From a virus (lineage: Duplodnaviria > Caudoviricetes), in IMG/VR virus record IMGVR_UViG_2862281513_000001, positions 54,919 to 118,918 of that record: a DNA stretch of 64,000 nucleotides; one strand, given 5' to 3'. The position numbers were made by a program, and so were the translations under genes. Positions within the stretch are counted from its first letter, which is position 1. Each line of letters starts with the position of its first letter. Of this stretch, positions 43,794 through 52,803 are shown in pieces. Below the pieces are notes generated by a model, which was not told where the DNA came from, ran no database searches, and was given only the letters and a program-made list of their open reading frames with translations.

Positions 43794-44522
43794 TCACTTG
43801 CGGCCGTTGCCTTCCGGGTCGAGGCCGTAGGCGTAGGCGTTGAGCCAGGAGACGCCGCCGGCGAAGCCCTGGCCGAAGTCGTGTCCGGCGTCGGCGGTGA
43901 CGTAGCTCTGGACCATGCGCATCGCCACGGCGAGGGCGCGGGCGTGGTGGGCGAGGAACTCGCCCGCCCACTGTTGGGCGTCGGAGTCGCGGCAGCCGGA
44001 TTCGACGTACGTCTCGGCGAGGGACTTGCGCAGGTCGGGCAGGTCGTCGGTGAGCAGCTGCTGGCCGGTGACGGCGGCGATCAGGTCGCGGTACTCCTTG
44101 GCTGAGCCGATGTGGTGGCAGGGGCACTGCGAGCCCTGGGGTGCGGCGTGGCAGCCCGCGTCGCAGACGACGGGGTGCGGGTCGGTGCAGTCGCACGCCT
44201 GGACCGCGCGCACGAGCAGCCAGGCGCTTTCCTGCCGGTCGACCTTGGACAGGTCGTCGTCGACGTCGCCGGTGAACAGGGCCTGCCGGGTGGGCTGGGC
44301 TCGTCGGACGAGGAACACCCGCTCTGCGGTGATCCACTTCTCTTCGCCCTTGAGCGGGCCGCGCCCGAGCGGGATCGAGTCGGCTTGCAGGAGCACCTTG
44401 ACCTTGCTCGCGCCGATCTGGACGAGTTCGCCGAGGATCGTTGACAGCGTGGACGTGGTGCCGCCGACGGTGTCGCCTTCGCGGATCCAGTTGCCGGCCG
44501 CGTCCTTCGTTGCTTTCTTCAC
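43794..44522 (-). CDS. Hypothetical protein
   Basis: 242-aa ORF. Confidence 0.7.
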   Translation of the reverse strand: MKKATKDAAGNWIREGDTVGGTTSTLSTILGELVQIGASKVKVLLQADSIPLGRGPLKGEEKWITAERVFLVRRAQPTRQALFTGDVDDDLSKVDRQESAWLLVRAVQACDCTDPHPVVCDAGCHAAPQGSQCPCHHIGSAKEYRDLIAAVTGQQLLTDDLPDLRKSLAETYVESGCRDSDAQQWAGEFLAHHARALAVAMRMVQSYVTADAGHDFGQGFAGGVSWLNAYAYGLDPEGNGRK

Positions 44523-44601
44523 GTGCTCTCTCCTGCTTTGCTGGGGGGGGTGGCTGCCGCCCCTGAATTCGGCTCAGGGGCGGCGGCCGCGGTCTGTTCG
44601 G

Positions 44602-45318
44602 TCACGGGCGGGCGGCGGGGGCGGGTTCGGCGACGTCGTAGCGGGCCAGCAGCGTCCGGCGGCAGCCGTTGCACAGCGCGAACTGCTCGGCCTCCTCCTG
44701 CGGCAGGGGCCGGCTGGCCTGGAACTCGCCGGGGCAGATGGTGCGGCCGTGGCCGTCGGGGATGTGCTTCACAGCGGTGCCGGGAGACCGGTTCACCGAG
44801 CGGGCGTTGAGCACGTACAGCCGGGCCTGGGTGTCGTCGACCGCCTCGATGGCGCCCTGCTCGGCGTACATGGTTTCCAGCGCGAGCGCGGTGTACCGCT
44901 GCGGAACGTACGGGGCCTCGTACAGGGCGACGCCGTGCTCGTTGACCTCGCGGGCCTGCGTCCACACGCGGCCGTCCGGGGTCCGCCAGGCCCGCGGGGA
45001 CTCGCCGCCCCAGTGCGCGGGCTGGCTGCAGAACAGGCAGCGCAGGATGCCGTTGTCGTCCGGCTTGTAGAAGTGCGGCTCGGGCGTCCGCTGGTCGCCG
45101 CGCCGGTTCTGCGGGCACAGGACGGGCGAGTCGGGCCCCGGGATCTCGCCGGCCCGGCAGACGATCTCGATCTCCGCGCCGTCGGGGACGATGTTGTGCC
45201 AGCGGTCGCCGTCGCCGTTGCCGGTGACGACCATGCGGGCGTCGCCGTCTTCGGGCGCCCAGACGGCCGCGTAGGTGACGCGGACGATGTCGCCGGGCTG
45301 CGGGGTGAGGGTGCTCAA
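44602..45318 (-). CDS. Hypothetical protein
   Basis: TTG start after GAAAGG. Confidence 0.6.
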   Translation of the reverse strand: MSTLTPQPGDIVRVTYAAVWAPEDGDARMVVTGNGDGDRWHNIVPDGAEIEIVCRAGEIPGPDSPVLCPQNRRGDQRTPEPHFYKPDDNGILRCLFCSQPAHWGGESPRAWRTPDGRVWTQAREVNEHGVALYEAPYVPQRYTALALETMYAEQGAIEAVDDTQARLYVLNARSVNRSPGTAVKHIPDGHGRTICPGEFQASRPLPQEEAEQFALCNGCRRTLLARYDVAEPAPAARP

Positions 45319-45800
45319 CGGGGTGCCTTTCGGTTGAGGAGGGCCGGACCGAAGCCGATCCAGCGGGGAAGGACGGCCGGGGGCGTCTGGCCGGTGCGTT
45401 CGGCGGCGCAGTCGAGGAGGCGGTACAAGCCCGCGCGGCGTTCCTCCGTGCAGCGCTGGCCGGCCTGGACGTCGGCGAGGATCGGCCGCAGCGGGTGCAC
45501 CTGGATGCGGATGCGGCCGCGGTCCCGGACGGTGCTGTGCCGGTCGCCGATGTGGAGCCAGTCCCCGGCGTCCAGGCCTGCGGCGAGGGCCAGGCCGTCG
45601 ATCTGGTCGCCCAGGACGTCGCCGCCGTCGGTCCAGGCGTGCCACAGGCGGCAGCCGCCGTCAGGCCGGTAGAAGACGAGACCGAGGTAGGTCTCCGGTT
45701 CGCAGTCGTCCATGATCTCGCTGACGGCGGCGAGTTCCACGGGCTTCGGGTCACGGCTCGGGGGGCTGATGAACCCCGGCATGTGCAGGGCGGTCGACAA
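45315..45800 (-). CDS. Hypothetical protein
   Basis: TTG start after GGAGGA. Confidence 0.6.
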   Translation of the reverse strand: MSTALHMPGFISPPSRDPKPVELAAVSEIMDDCEPETYLGLVFYRPDGGCRLWHAWTDGGDVLGDQIDGLALAAGLDAGDWLHIGDRHSTVRDRGRIRIQVHPLRPILADVQAGQRCTEERRAGLYRLLDCAAERTGQTPPAVLPRWIGFGPALLNRKAPR

Positions 45801-45802
45801 GG

Positions 45803-46075
45803 TCAGTCCTCCTGGTGGGGGTTGGTGTGCGGCTCGTTCTCGATCCACGCGGCCAGCGCTCGGGCGTACGCCCTGTTGGCCGCGCGGGCTTCGGCTTCGA
45901 GCCGGTCGGCCTCGTCGTGCAGTTCGCCCAGGTGAGGGGCGAGCCGGACGAGGGCCTCGTAGAGGGGGCCGGGCATGATCTCGGCGAGGCGGGCCGGGGT
46001 GCGCGTCATGCCCGGCCGGGGTTCAAGGCACAGGCGCAAGAAGTCGCGCACCTCGGCCTCGGTGTCGAACTGCAA
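45803..46075 (-). CDS. Hypothetical protein
   Basis: 90-aa ORF. Confidence 0.6.
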   Translation of the reverse strand: MQFDTEAEVRDFLRLCLEPRPGMTRTPARLAEIMPGPLYEALVRLAPHLGELHDEADRLEAEARAANRAYARALAAWIENEPHTNPHQED

Positions 46076-46080
46076 CAGAG

Positions 46081-46551
46081 TCAGCCTTTCTGCTGGTTGG
46101 GGTTGTTGCGCTGCTCGGCGATGACCACGCGGGTGGTGATCACCGCGAGTTCGAACAGCGCGAGCAAGCCGTCGATGAGCGCGTCGGATCCGGCCTCAGA
46201 ACCGGTGGCGCCGTCAGCGAGCACGTTGAACAGGGCCATCGCCGTGTCCTGGTCGCGGTTCGCCCACGCCGTCGTGAACTGCGCGGCGAACGCGACGTCA
46301 GGCGGCAGGTCCTCGGGGCGCCCCGGCTCGCCGGTCACCACGTGGTCGATCTGGATGCCGAACATCGCGCCCGGCCGCTGATCACGGCGGGCGATATGCG
46401 AGGCGGCTTCCGCGAGCATCCCGGCGAGCGCGTACGTCGAGGCGCGCCCCTCCTCGATGAGCGGGGCCAGGAGCATGCCGCCGTCGACGTGGTCGCCCGC
46501 CGCCGCCCGGAGCAGGGCCTCGGCGACCACAAGCGGCGGCCGCTCGGACAT
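46081..46551 (-). CDS. Hypothetical protein (resembles 50223-50666)
   Basis: AFAAQFTTAWANRD versus AFATRFLIAYCNGD. Confidence 0.65.
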   Translation of the reverse strand: MSERPPLVVAEALLRAAAGDHVDGGMLLAPLIEEGRASTYALAGMLAEAASHIARRDQRPGAMFGIQIDHVVTGEPGRPEDLPPDVAFAAQFTTAWANRDQDTAMALFNVLADGATGSEAGSDALIDGLLALFELAVITTRVVIAEQRNNPNQQKG

Positions 46552-46552
46552 G

Positions 46553-47017
46553 TCAGTAGCCACAGGTCTCTCCACAGTCGTCCCGGGTGCAGTCGTCGCT
46601 CGGCCACCTGTGGCCACCGATGTCCTCGTGGTCCTGGCCGTGGTGACGGGGCGCCAGGGCGCATTCCGTCTCGCCGCCGCCCCACGGCACGAAGTCCATG
46701 TGCGGGCAGCAGACCTTGGGCACGCGGGCGTCCCGCTCGGCCTCGGCCTGCATCGCGGCCTGCTCGGCGGCCCTCTTCGCCGCCCGGGTCGCCGCGGCCT
46801 TCTTCGCACCGGCCGACCGGCGGGCCTTCGCCTCCGGCCGGTTCCGCCACGCCACCCGGGCCGCCCGCACTTCCTGCGCGTGCCGGGCAGAGGCTGCGCC
46901 GAGCGCCTGGAACAGCACACCCACCGGGTCCACGCTGCGGCTCGGGTCGTGCAGCGCCCGGTCGAAGTCGGCGATCGCGCGCACGGCTTCCTCGCGCGGG
47001 GTCAGCTCCTCGCTCAC
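46553..47017 (-). CDS. Hypothetical protein
   Basis: 154-aa ORF with Cys/His tail. Confidence 0.6.
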   Translation of the reverse strand: MSEELTPREEAVRAIADFDRALHDPSRSVDPVGVLFQALGAASARHAQEVRAARVAWRNRPEAKARRSAGAKKAAATRAAKRAAEQAAMQAEAERDARVPKVCCPHMDFVPWGGGETECALAPRHHGQDHEDIGGHRWPSDDCTRDDCGETCGY

Positions 47018-47436
47018 GCCGACTCCTCGCTCAGCATCGGGTCGAACCGGCAGCGCAGCAGCGCCCGGGTCACCTGCCGCGCCCCGTACTGGCGCACGGC
47101 CTGCTCCTGGCCGTGCTCGGCCACGAACCGGCAGATCTCGTCCAGCGGCACCGCGTCAGCGACCGGCTCGGGCGCGGACACCTGCCCGCGCCGGCGGTTC
47201 GTCGCGCAGAACAGGCACGCCGCCCCGGTCGCCGGGTCGGGCGGGGCCGCCGGGTGGATCCGGCAGCCGGTCGGCGCCAGCTCGGCGCGGGCGTCGGCCA
47301 GCAGCCGGCGGGCCCGGTCGAGGCCCTCACCGATCTCGTCGAGCTGCTCGGGCGAGGCCTCGAACGCCAGCAGGTGCTCGCCGTGCTCGCCCAGGTCGCG
47401 CAGCGCGCCACCTAGCTCGGTCGTCGTGTGGGTCAT
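47014..47436 (-). CDS. Hypothetical protein
   Basis: GCRIHP..ACLFC. Confidence 0.6.
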   Translation of the reverse strand: MTHTTTELGGALRDLGEHGEHLLAFEASPEQLDEIGEGLDRARRLLADARAELAPTGCRIHPAAPPDPATGAACLFCATNRRRGQVSAPEPVADAVPLDEICRFVAEHGQEQAVRQYGARQVTRALLRCRFDPMLSEESA

Positions 47437-49178
47437 CGCTCGTTCACTCCTGTGTCGTGGGGGGTGTCCCGGCGAGCTGCCTTGTCGGCACGGGCGCGGG
47501 CGATAGCGGCGGGGAGCGTCGCGGTCTGGCTGTCGCGCCATGCGCGGTACTCGTCGCTCGGCGAGCCATAGCCCGAGGCCGGGAGGACGGGCTCAGCGGC
47601 GCTCTGCTTCTGGGCGGGCTGCTGGGCGGCCTGGGAGCTGCGTTCCCGCCAGCGAGCCATGTGCTTGGCCACCTGGTGTTCGAGCTTCGCGCCGTACACG
47701 CCCCCGCGGCTGAGGTCGGCGCGGATACGGGACTCTTCCTCGGCGCGCTCCGCCTCCCGCCGGTCGGCGGCAGCAGCAGCGGCCCGCGAAGCGTCCGTCT
47801 CGGCCTCCCACCGCGCAGCGGCCTCGGCGGCTGTCTGGCGGACCCGTCGCTCTTCTTCGCGGCGCTCACGGCACGCGCGGCACGGCATCTCGGCGCCGAT
47901 GATTTCGCCGTCCTCGCAGGAGGGGTCCGGACAGTCTTGACGCCGGATCGCCTCGGCAAGCCACGAGGAGCGGCTACGGATGCGGTCGTCGCCGGTGTAT
48001 CCGGCCGCCGAGCGCTCCTCGGCGTTCTGGCCGTACCAGCGGCGGTTGATGCGGGCGATGACCTGGTCCGGGGAGCGGCGCGGGACACCGGCCGCCTCGT
48101 CGCCCGTCAGAAGCTCGTTGATCGCCCGGTGAAGCCCCGAGTACAGGCGGGTTCCCGGAGCGGCGACAGAGGACGGGATAGCGGCCCTGACGGCCTCGAA
48201 GCCGGGCACCTCACCGCGGGGGCGAGTCTTGACCAGCTTGGGCCGGGGAGAGGCAGTGCGCTGAGTGGGGATGTCGGTTCCTGACGCGGCGGAGCCGCCG
48301 CCCTCGAGTTCCCTTTCCTCCGGCGCGCTTTCCGGCGCGCCCGCACGTGCGAAACCACCTGCACCTTGGCCTTCGGCGTCAGCCACCGACGTCTTTCCCG
48401 AAACAGGCTCTAGAGCAACGACTGTGGAAAGGGCGTCATCCGTGACGTCACCGGGGACGTCGTGTGTGACGTGACAGGTACCGTCACCGGTGACGTCACC
48501 CCCCTCGGATTGATCGGCCATCGGGGTGACGTCACCAGTGACGCCACCCTTCTTCTTGGTCTCCGACCTGCGCTTGCGTGCACGGTCCTTACGACGTCGC
48601 TCCTGGTGTTCTTCCTGCTGGGCGTTCATCCGGGCCTCGTGAGCAGCCGTCCAGCCGGTCAGGTCGAAGTCGGGGGCGTTCTCCGCCATCCACGCCTCGA
48701 CATCGAAGCCGGGGACCGTGTGCCCATAGCGGGCGACGAGCTGCGGCGGAGTGTCCGCCGGAGCGGGCATGCCGTGGATCAGCCACGCGTCGTGGACCAG
48801 GTACAGGTTCGCGTCGTTCTCATCCGACTTGCCGGCCACCTTGCGGCGGACGACGGTGATGAGCCCGATCTCCTGCTCCAGGTACTTCGCCGCGCGGTCG
48901 ATCGTCTGCGGCGAGCAGTCGAGGTACCCAGCCAGGGCCTCCCGGTATGGGTAGCCCTGGCCGGTGTCCCGACCCTGGCAGTCCGCGTACGTGACGAGGA
49001 GGTCGTACAGAGACTTGGCCTTGCCCTTGTTCAGCTCAGGCTCGGAGTCCCGGATGACGCAGACGGCGAACATGCCGAACCGCAGGCCGCCCGCTCCGGG
49101 GCGGTTCACGGCGGGCCGGTGAGTGTTCGACGGGCGACGTGCGGGGCCGCGCTGGGTGCGGCTGAGTGAGCTGCTCAC
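47433..49178 (-). CDS. Phage replication initiator-like protein (N-terminal winged HTH)
   Basis: LYDLLVTYAD..YPYREALA..SPQTIDRA..LE..GLI..N.Y; internal iterons. Confidence 0.75.
   Translation of the reverse strand: MSSSLSRTQRGPARRPSNTHRPAVNRPGAGGLRFGMFAVCVIRDSEPELNKGKAKSLYDLLVTYADCQGRDTGQGYPYREALAGYLDCSPQTIDRAAKYLEQEIGLITVVRRKVAGKSDENDANLYLVHDAWLIHGMPAPADTPPQLVARYGHTVPGFDVEAWMAENAPDFDLTGWTAAHEARMNAQQEEHQERRRKDRARKRRSETKKKGGVTGDVTPMADQSEGGDVTGDGTCHVTHDVPGDVTDDALSTVVALEPVSGKTSVADAEGQGAGGFARAGAPESAPEERELEGGGSAASGTDIPTQRTASPRPKLVKTRPRGEVPGFEAVRAAIPSSVAAPGTRLYSGLHRAINELLTGDEAAGVPRRSPDQVIARINRRWYGQNAEERSAAGYTGDDRIRSRSSWLAEAIRRQDCPDPSCEDGEIIGAEMPCRACRERREEERRVRQTAAEAAARWEAETDASRAAAAAADRREAERAEEESRIRADLSRGGVYGAKLEHQVAKHMARWRERSSQAAQQPAQKQSAAEPVLPASGYGSPSDEYRAWRDSQTATLPAAIARARADKAARRDTPHDTGVNER
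48433..48548. repeat. GTGACGTCAC iteron cluster, probable origin inside the initiator gene
   Basis: Perfect copies at 48442, 48490, 48526 plus variants. Confidence 0.7.
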
Positions 49179-49224
49179 GCGGTCCTCTCTGGAAGTAGTG
49201 CCAGGTGTGGAATGGACGGACGGG

Positions 49225-49824
49225 TCAGGCCGTCGTGACGTGGCCGTTCAGCAGCCACCGGCCTCCGGGCGACGTGGGCGGGACGGCGAGGTTGACCACG
49301 TGGTTGTCGTCGAGGACCAGGTAGCCGCGGGCGTGCAGCTCGTGGATCTTGGCCGCGCACGTCTCCGGTGAAAGCTCGGTGGCTTCTTCGGACAGGCCCA
49401 CCTCCGGGTGCTCCGCGCGGAGCTGGTCCAGGAACTCCTGGTCGGAGAGGTTTTCGACGAGCTGGGCCACCGGCATCGGGCGCACCCTGTCCGGCTCGCC
49501 CGTGACCGCCATGAGCAGCTCGCCCGCGGTGATCTGCATGTCGAGGTGCAGCGCGGCCATCGGCATGTCGCCGCCGTAGATGGGGCTGAGCCTCATCACG
49601 CGGTTCAGGAAGTCCTGTGCCTCCTGGCCGATCACGGCGGCCTGCTCCGGGGTGAAGGGGTACTCCGAGAACCCCTGGCCCTTGCGGGGGAGGGTGATCC
49701 ATTCCTGGTACGGGGCGAACGGCGGCGCGGACCGCAGCAGGTTCTCCAGCTCCCGCTGCGCTCTCGCCTTCTGTCGGGCCAGCTGCTTGTTACGGACCGG
49801 CTTGGTCTTCCGGCTCTTGCTCAT
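49225..49824 (-). CDS. Hypothetical protein
   Basis: 199-aa ORF, AAGGA RBS. Confidence 0.7.
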   Translation of the reverse strand: MSKSRKTKPVRNKQLARQKARAQRELENLLRSAPPFAPYQEWITLPRKGQGFSEYPFTPEQAAVIGQEAQDFLNRVMRLSPIYGGDMPMAALHLDMQITAGELLMAVTGEPDRVRPMPVAQLVENLSDQEFLDQLRAEHPEVGLSEEATELSPETCAAKIHELHARGYLVLDDNHVVNLAVPPTSPGGRWLLNGHVTTA

Positions 49825-49867
49825 CGCGTCGTCCTTTTGGCTTCGAAGTTGGCCGCCTCGACCAACT

Positions 49868-49972
49868 TTGTGGCCACAACACTAGATCGTCTTGTGGCCA
49901 CAAAACAAGTTCTTCGGCGTGTCGTTTGTGGCCACAACAGCCACTGGTGATGTTTGCGTTTTGTGGCCACGA
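49868..49972. promoter_or_regulatory. Four TTGTGGCCACAA palindromic operators
   Basis: At 49868, 49892, 49926 and 49961 (last one with one mismatch), between divergent genes. Confidence 0.8.
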
Positions 49973-49989
49973 TCCCTAACCTCTGGGGC

Positions 49990-50214
49990 ATGAGCGCCCA
50001 GCAAGAGACCGAGTACGACGAGCAGCGCAAGTTCCGCGCGCCCACGGAGGAGTGGAACGGCTTCGGGGATGCCACCCGCGCCGTACACCCCACGGGCCGC
50101 AGCCCCCGCGGTGCCGTCCTGCGCGAGTTCATGCGCTGGTACATGCGCAGGCCGGGCGCCAAGTTGCCAGCCCGCCCCGCAGCGGGCCCCTGGTCCGAGC
50201 CGTCCGACGACTGA
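49990..50214 (+). CDS. Small ribbon-helix-helix-like regulator
   Basis: RKFRAPTEEWNGF..RGAVLREFMRWY..PGAKLP.RP. Confidence 0.7.
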   Translation: MSAQQETEYDEQRKFRAPTEEWNGFGDATRAVHPTGRSPRGAVLREFMRWYMRRPGAKLPARPAAGPWSEPSDD

Positions 50215-50222
50215 CCCCGGGG

Positions 50223-50666
50223 TCACTCCTGCTGCTCCAGCTCGGATGCCGCGTTGGCCAGGCCGGCGACGTCGATGAGCAGCTGGCAGACGCCGTGAAC
50301 GAACACCTCGGGGCCGGCCTGTAGGGCGGCCTCGTAGTGGGCCTGGGCGTCGATGCGGTCGCCGTTGCAGTACGCGATGAGGAACCGGGTCGCGAAGGCT
50401 TGTACGGGGTCGTCGAGCGCGCCGTCCTCCAGCTGCTCGATGACCCAGGCGTCGCCGTTGGCCGGGTCGGGGGCGGCGTCGCCGAAGCAGACCCGCAGTG
50501 CTTTGTGTCCGGCTTCGGCGATGGCGTAGCAGACGCCGAGCATGCGGGCCGCGTCGCTGTCCATGCCGAGCTGGGCGATCAGGTCGGCTGCGCGGTTGCC
50601 GTCGCCGGTCATGGCTGCGCCGAGCGCGTCACGGATGACCTCCGCGGCCGCCTCCGAGGTCATCAC
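50223..50666 (-). CDS. Hypothetical protein
   Basis: 147-aa ORF. Confidence 0.7.
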   Translation of the reverse strand: MMTSEAAAEVIRDALGAAMTGDGNRAADLIAQLGMDSDAARMLGVCYAIAEAGHKALRVCFGDAAPDPANGDAWVIEQLEDGALDDPVQAFATRFLIAYCNGDRIDAQAHYEAALQAGPEVFVHGVCQLLIDVAGLANAASELEQQE

Positions 50667-51376
50667 CGGGAGCCTCCGACCATGCCGCCGGGCAGGTAGT
50701 TCTTCCGGCCGTCGGGCGCAGTGAAGTTGCCGGGGAGGTAGTTGGTGGCCTTCCAGTACTGCTCGTCGAGGCTCGCGGCGGCCCGCAGCGGGTGCGTGTC
50801 CTTGGCGGCCTCGTCCTGGAGCACGTCACAGCCGGCCACGAGGGCGTCGAGGGCCTCGCTGTAGGTGGCGCGGCGTCCTTCGCGCCACCATTCGACCCAC
50901 GCGGGCTCGCCGAGGTCGAACAGCTGCATGCCGGGCTTCTTCGAGTAGGTGCGCACCGTCCACGTCACGCTGGCGCCCGGGTTGCGAGGGTCCATCGTGC
51001 CGTCGGGAGCGACGGTGTCCTCGGGCAGGTTGGGGCGGCGCCGCATGTGCGGGTGGGTGAGGAAGGGGCATGCCTGGACTGCGTACTCGGCGCAGTCTCT
51101 GTGTGACGGCGGCTCGGCGGAGACCCGGTTGATGGTGCACATCGGCCCGAGGACGAACGTCTTGTAGGCGCCGAGGGTCTGGCCGCACAGGAAGCAGTGG
51201 TTGAAGCGGACGGCGTCGGTGATGCCGCCGGGGCGCACCAGGCGGTGGTCGGGCTGGCCGTTGACGTAGCCGACGAACCAGGGCACCAGCCTCCCGTGCT
51301 TGTCGCGGGGGCGGCGGGCGAGGCGGGGTGGTACGGGTACGGCTGCCGCGATGTGGGCCTGCGTGAGGTGGTTCAT
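50663..51376 (-). CDS. Cys/His-motif phage protein
   Basis: VPWFV..CFLCG..EPPSHRDCAEYA..CPFL. Confidence 0.7.
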   Translation of the reverse strand: MNHLTQAHIAAAVPVPPRLARRPRDKHGRLVPWFVGYVNGQPDHRLVRPGGITDAVRFNHCFLCGQTLGAYKTFVLGPMCTINRVSAEPPSHRDCAEYAVQACPFLTHPHMRRRPNLPEDTVAPDGTMDPRNPGASVTWTVRTYSKKPGMQLFDLGEPAWVEWWREGRRATYSEALDALVAGCDVLQDEAAKDTHPLRAAASLDEQYWKATNYLPGNFTAPDGRKNYLPGGMVGGSR

Positions 51377-51411
51377 GGCGGGGGGGGTCCTCGGGGTGGG
51401 CGGGTGGCGGG

Positions 51412-51756
51412 TCAGCAGCCGTCGAGGTCGACGTCGATGTCGATTTCGTGGCCGCGGCCGTGGTGGGGGTGCTTGGTGACGGTGGCCGTGACCGTCGGCT
51501 GGGTGGCGGGCCGGTGCGCGGGCGCCTTACCGGCCGGGGTGGATGGCTTGCGCGCGGGGGCCGGGTCCTTGCGGACCGGGGCGGGGGCCTTGGGGAGGCT
51601 GGGCCGCTTGGTCGAGGCCGGGAGGGCGTAGGCGACGCCCGCGCAGCTCTGCGGGTCGTCGTCGTTCTGGTGCTGGCAGGCGGCCACGCCGACGCCGACG
51701 AGGATGGCGAGCGCGGCGGCGCCGGCGAGGAGCCGGTTGCTGGGGCCGCCCTTCAC
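51412..51756 (-). CDS. Putative secreted or lipoprotein
   Basis: Signal-like N-terminus ending VAAC. Confidence 0.55.
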   Translation of the reverse strand: MKGGPSNRLLAGAAALAILVGVGVAACQHQNDDDPQSCAGVAYALPASTKRPSLPKAPAPVRKDPAPARKPSTPAGKAPAHRPATQPTVTATVTKHPHHGRGHEIDIDVDLDGC

Positions 51757-51968
51757 TGGTCCTCGCCCGGGACCGGGCGGACACGTCCGCCGCCGCGCTT
51801 ACGGAGCTTGGTGCCTGCCTCCAGGAGCAGCTTGCGGACGGTGCCGTACGCGTAGCCGGTGCGGTCGGCCAGGTTCCGGATGGAGGAACCGGCGTAGTAG
51901 TCGGCGCGGAGCCGTTCTCCGAACGCTTTGCGCTCGGGGCCCGCCTTGCGGGGCTGTCGGGTCTTCAC
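51753..51968 (-). CDS. Small HTH protein
   Basis: YYAGSSIRNLADRTGYAYGTVRKLLLEAGTKLRKRGG. Confidence 0.75.
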   Translation of the reverse strand: MKTRQPRKAGPERKAFGERLRADYYAGSSIRNLADRTGYAYGTVRKLLLEAGTKLRKRGGGRVRPVPGEDQ

Positions 51969-52240
51969 GTCAGTTGCAACCTCTCGTTCTCGTACGCCTC
52001 CGCGTACTCCTGGATCTGCTGGGCGATGGCCCGCTCGGCGCAGACCTTGTGAGCCGGGCTGCCGCTGCTGTCCCGCAGGTGGGTGGGCCAGCCGTCGCAC
52101 CGGTACCGGCACGGCAGTGCCTTGCGTTTCCAGTGCTTGCGGCTGGACCAGTCGAGGACGCCGGCCGGGGGGAGGTCACGCCGACTTGGCGGCCTCGTGC
52201 CTGGGGCCACTGCTCGCCTCCTCGGTCGGGACGGGCTCAC
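51965..52240 (-). CDS. Small Cys/His protein (start uncertain)
   Basis: LDW..HW..PCRYRC..AHKVCAE. Confidence 0.5.
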   Translation of the reverse strand: MSPSRPRRRAVAPGTRPPSRRDLPPAGVLDWSSRKHWKRKALPCRYRCDGWPTHLRDSSGSPAHKVCAERAIAQQIQEYAEAYENERLQLT

Positions 52241-52529
52241 GCGCCGTGGGAAGCAGGAGGAGTTCGGACCGCTCGGCGGTGTCCAGGCCGCCCCAGATAC
52301 CGGTCTTCTCGCCGCGCGCGAGCGCGTCGTGCAGGCACGGCGTGCGGACCGGGCACCGGCCGCACGCCCGCTTGGCTTCCTGCCGGTCCGCGACCGCCTC
52401 GGGGTCCTGTTCTTCGGCGAACCAGATGTCGGGCGTCAGCGACGTCTTGCACACCCCGGCGTCGGACCAGTGATCCGGGCGGGGCAGGGTGTCGTGAGGA
52501 GCGCCGTGACTGGCGCGGGGAAGCAGCAT
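52176..52529 (-). CDS. whiB: WhiB family transcriptional regulator (second copy)
   Basis: W..GVC..DIWF..AKRACGRCPVRTPC..GIWGGL. Confidence 0.9.
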   Translation of the reverse strand: MLLPRASHGAPHDTLPRPDHWSDAGVCKTSLTPDIWFAEEQDPEAVADRQEAKRACGRCPVRTPCLHDALARGEKTGIWGGLDTAERSELLLLPTAREPVPTEEASSGPRHEAAKSA

Positions 52530-52551
52530 CAGGAACCTCCTCCTGATCCGT

Positions 52552-52680
52552 GTCCGGACGCGTCCGGACGAGCATCCGCGGACGCGTCCGGACGCATGTC
52601 CGGGCAGGTCAACGGGGGTGAGCAGGGCCAGGCCGCGAGGCGTCCGGATACCGTCCGGAGGCGCGTCCGGACGGCATCCG
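52552..52680. repeat. GTCCGGAC cluster
   Basis: Six TCCGGA plus variants. Confidence 0.8.
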
Positions 52681-52803
52681 AGCGGGCTCCGGCCGCGGTG
52701 GCGGCGGCCACGGCGGGGGCCGCGAGCAGCGGCCCCCACGTGTGCAGCTCGCCGAGGGCCTGGTCGACGGCCAGGCCGGCGTCGATGAACCACAGGAAGG
52801 CGG

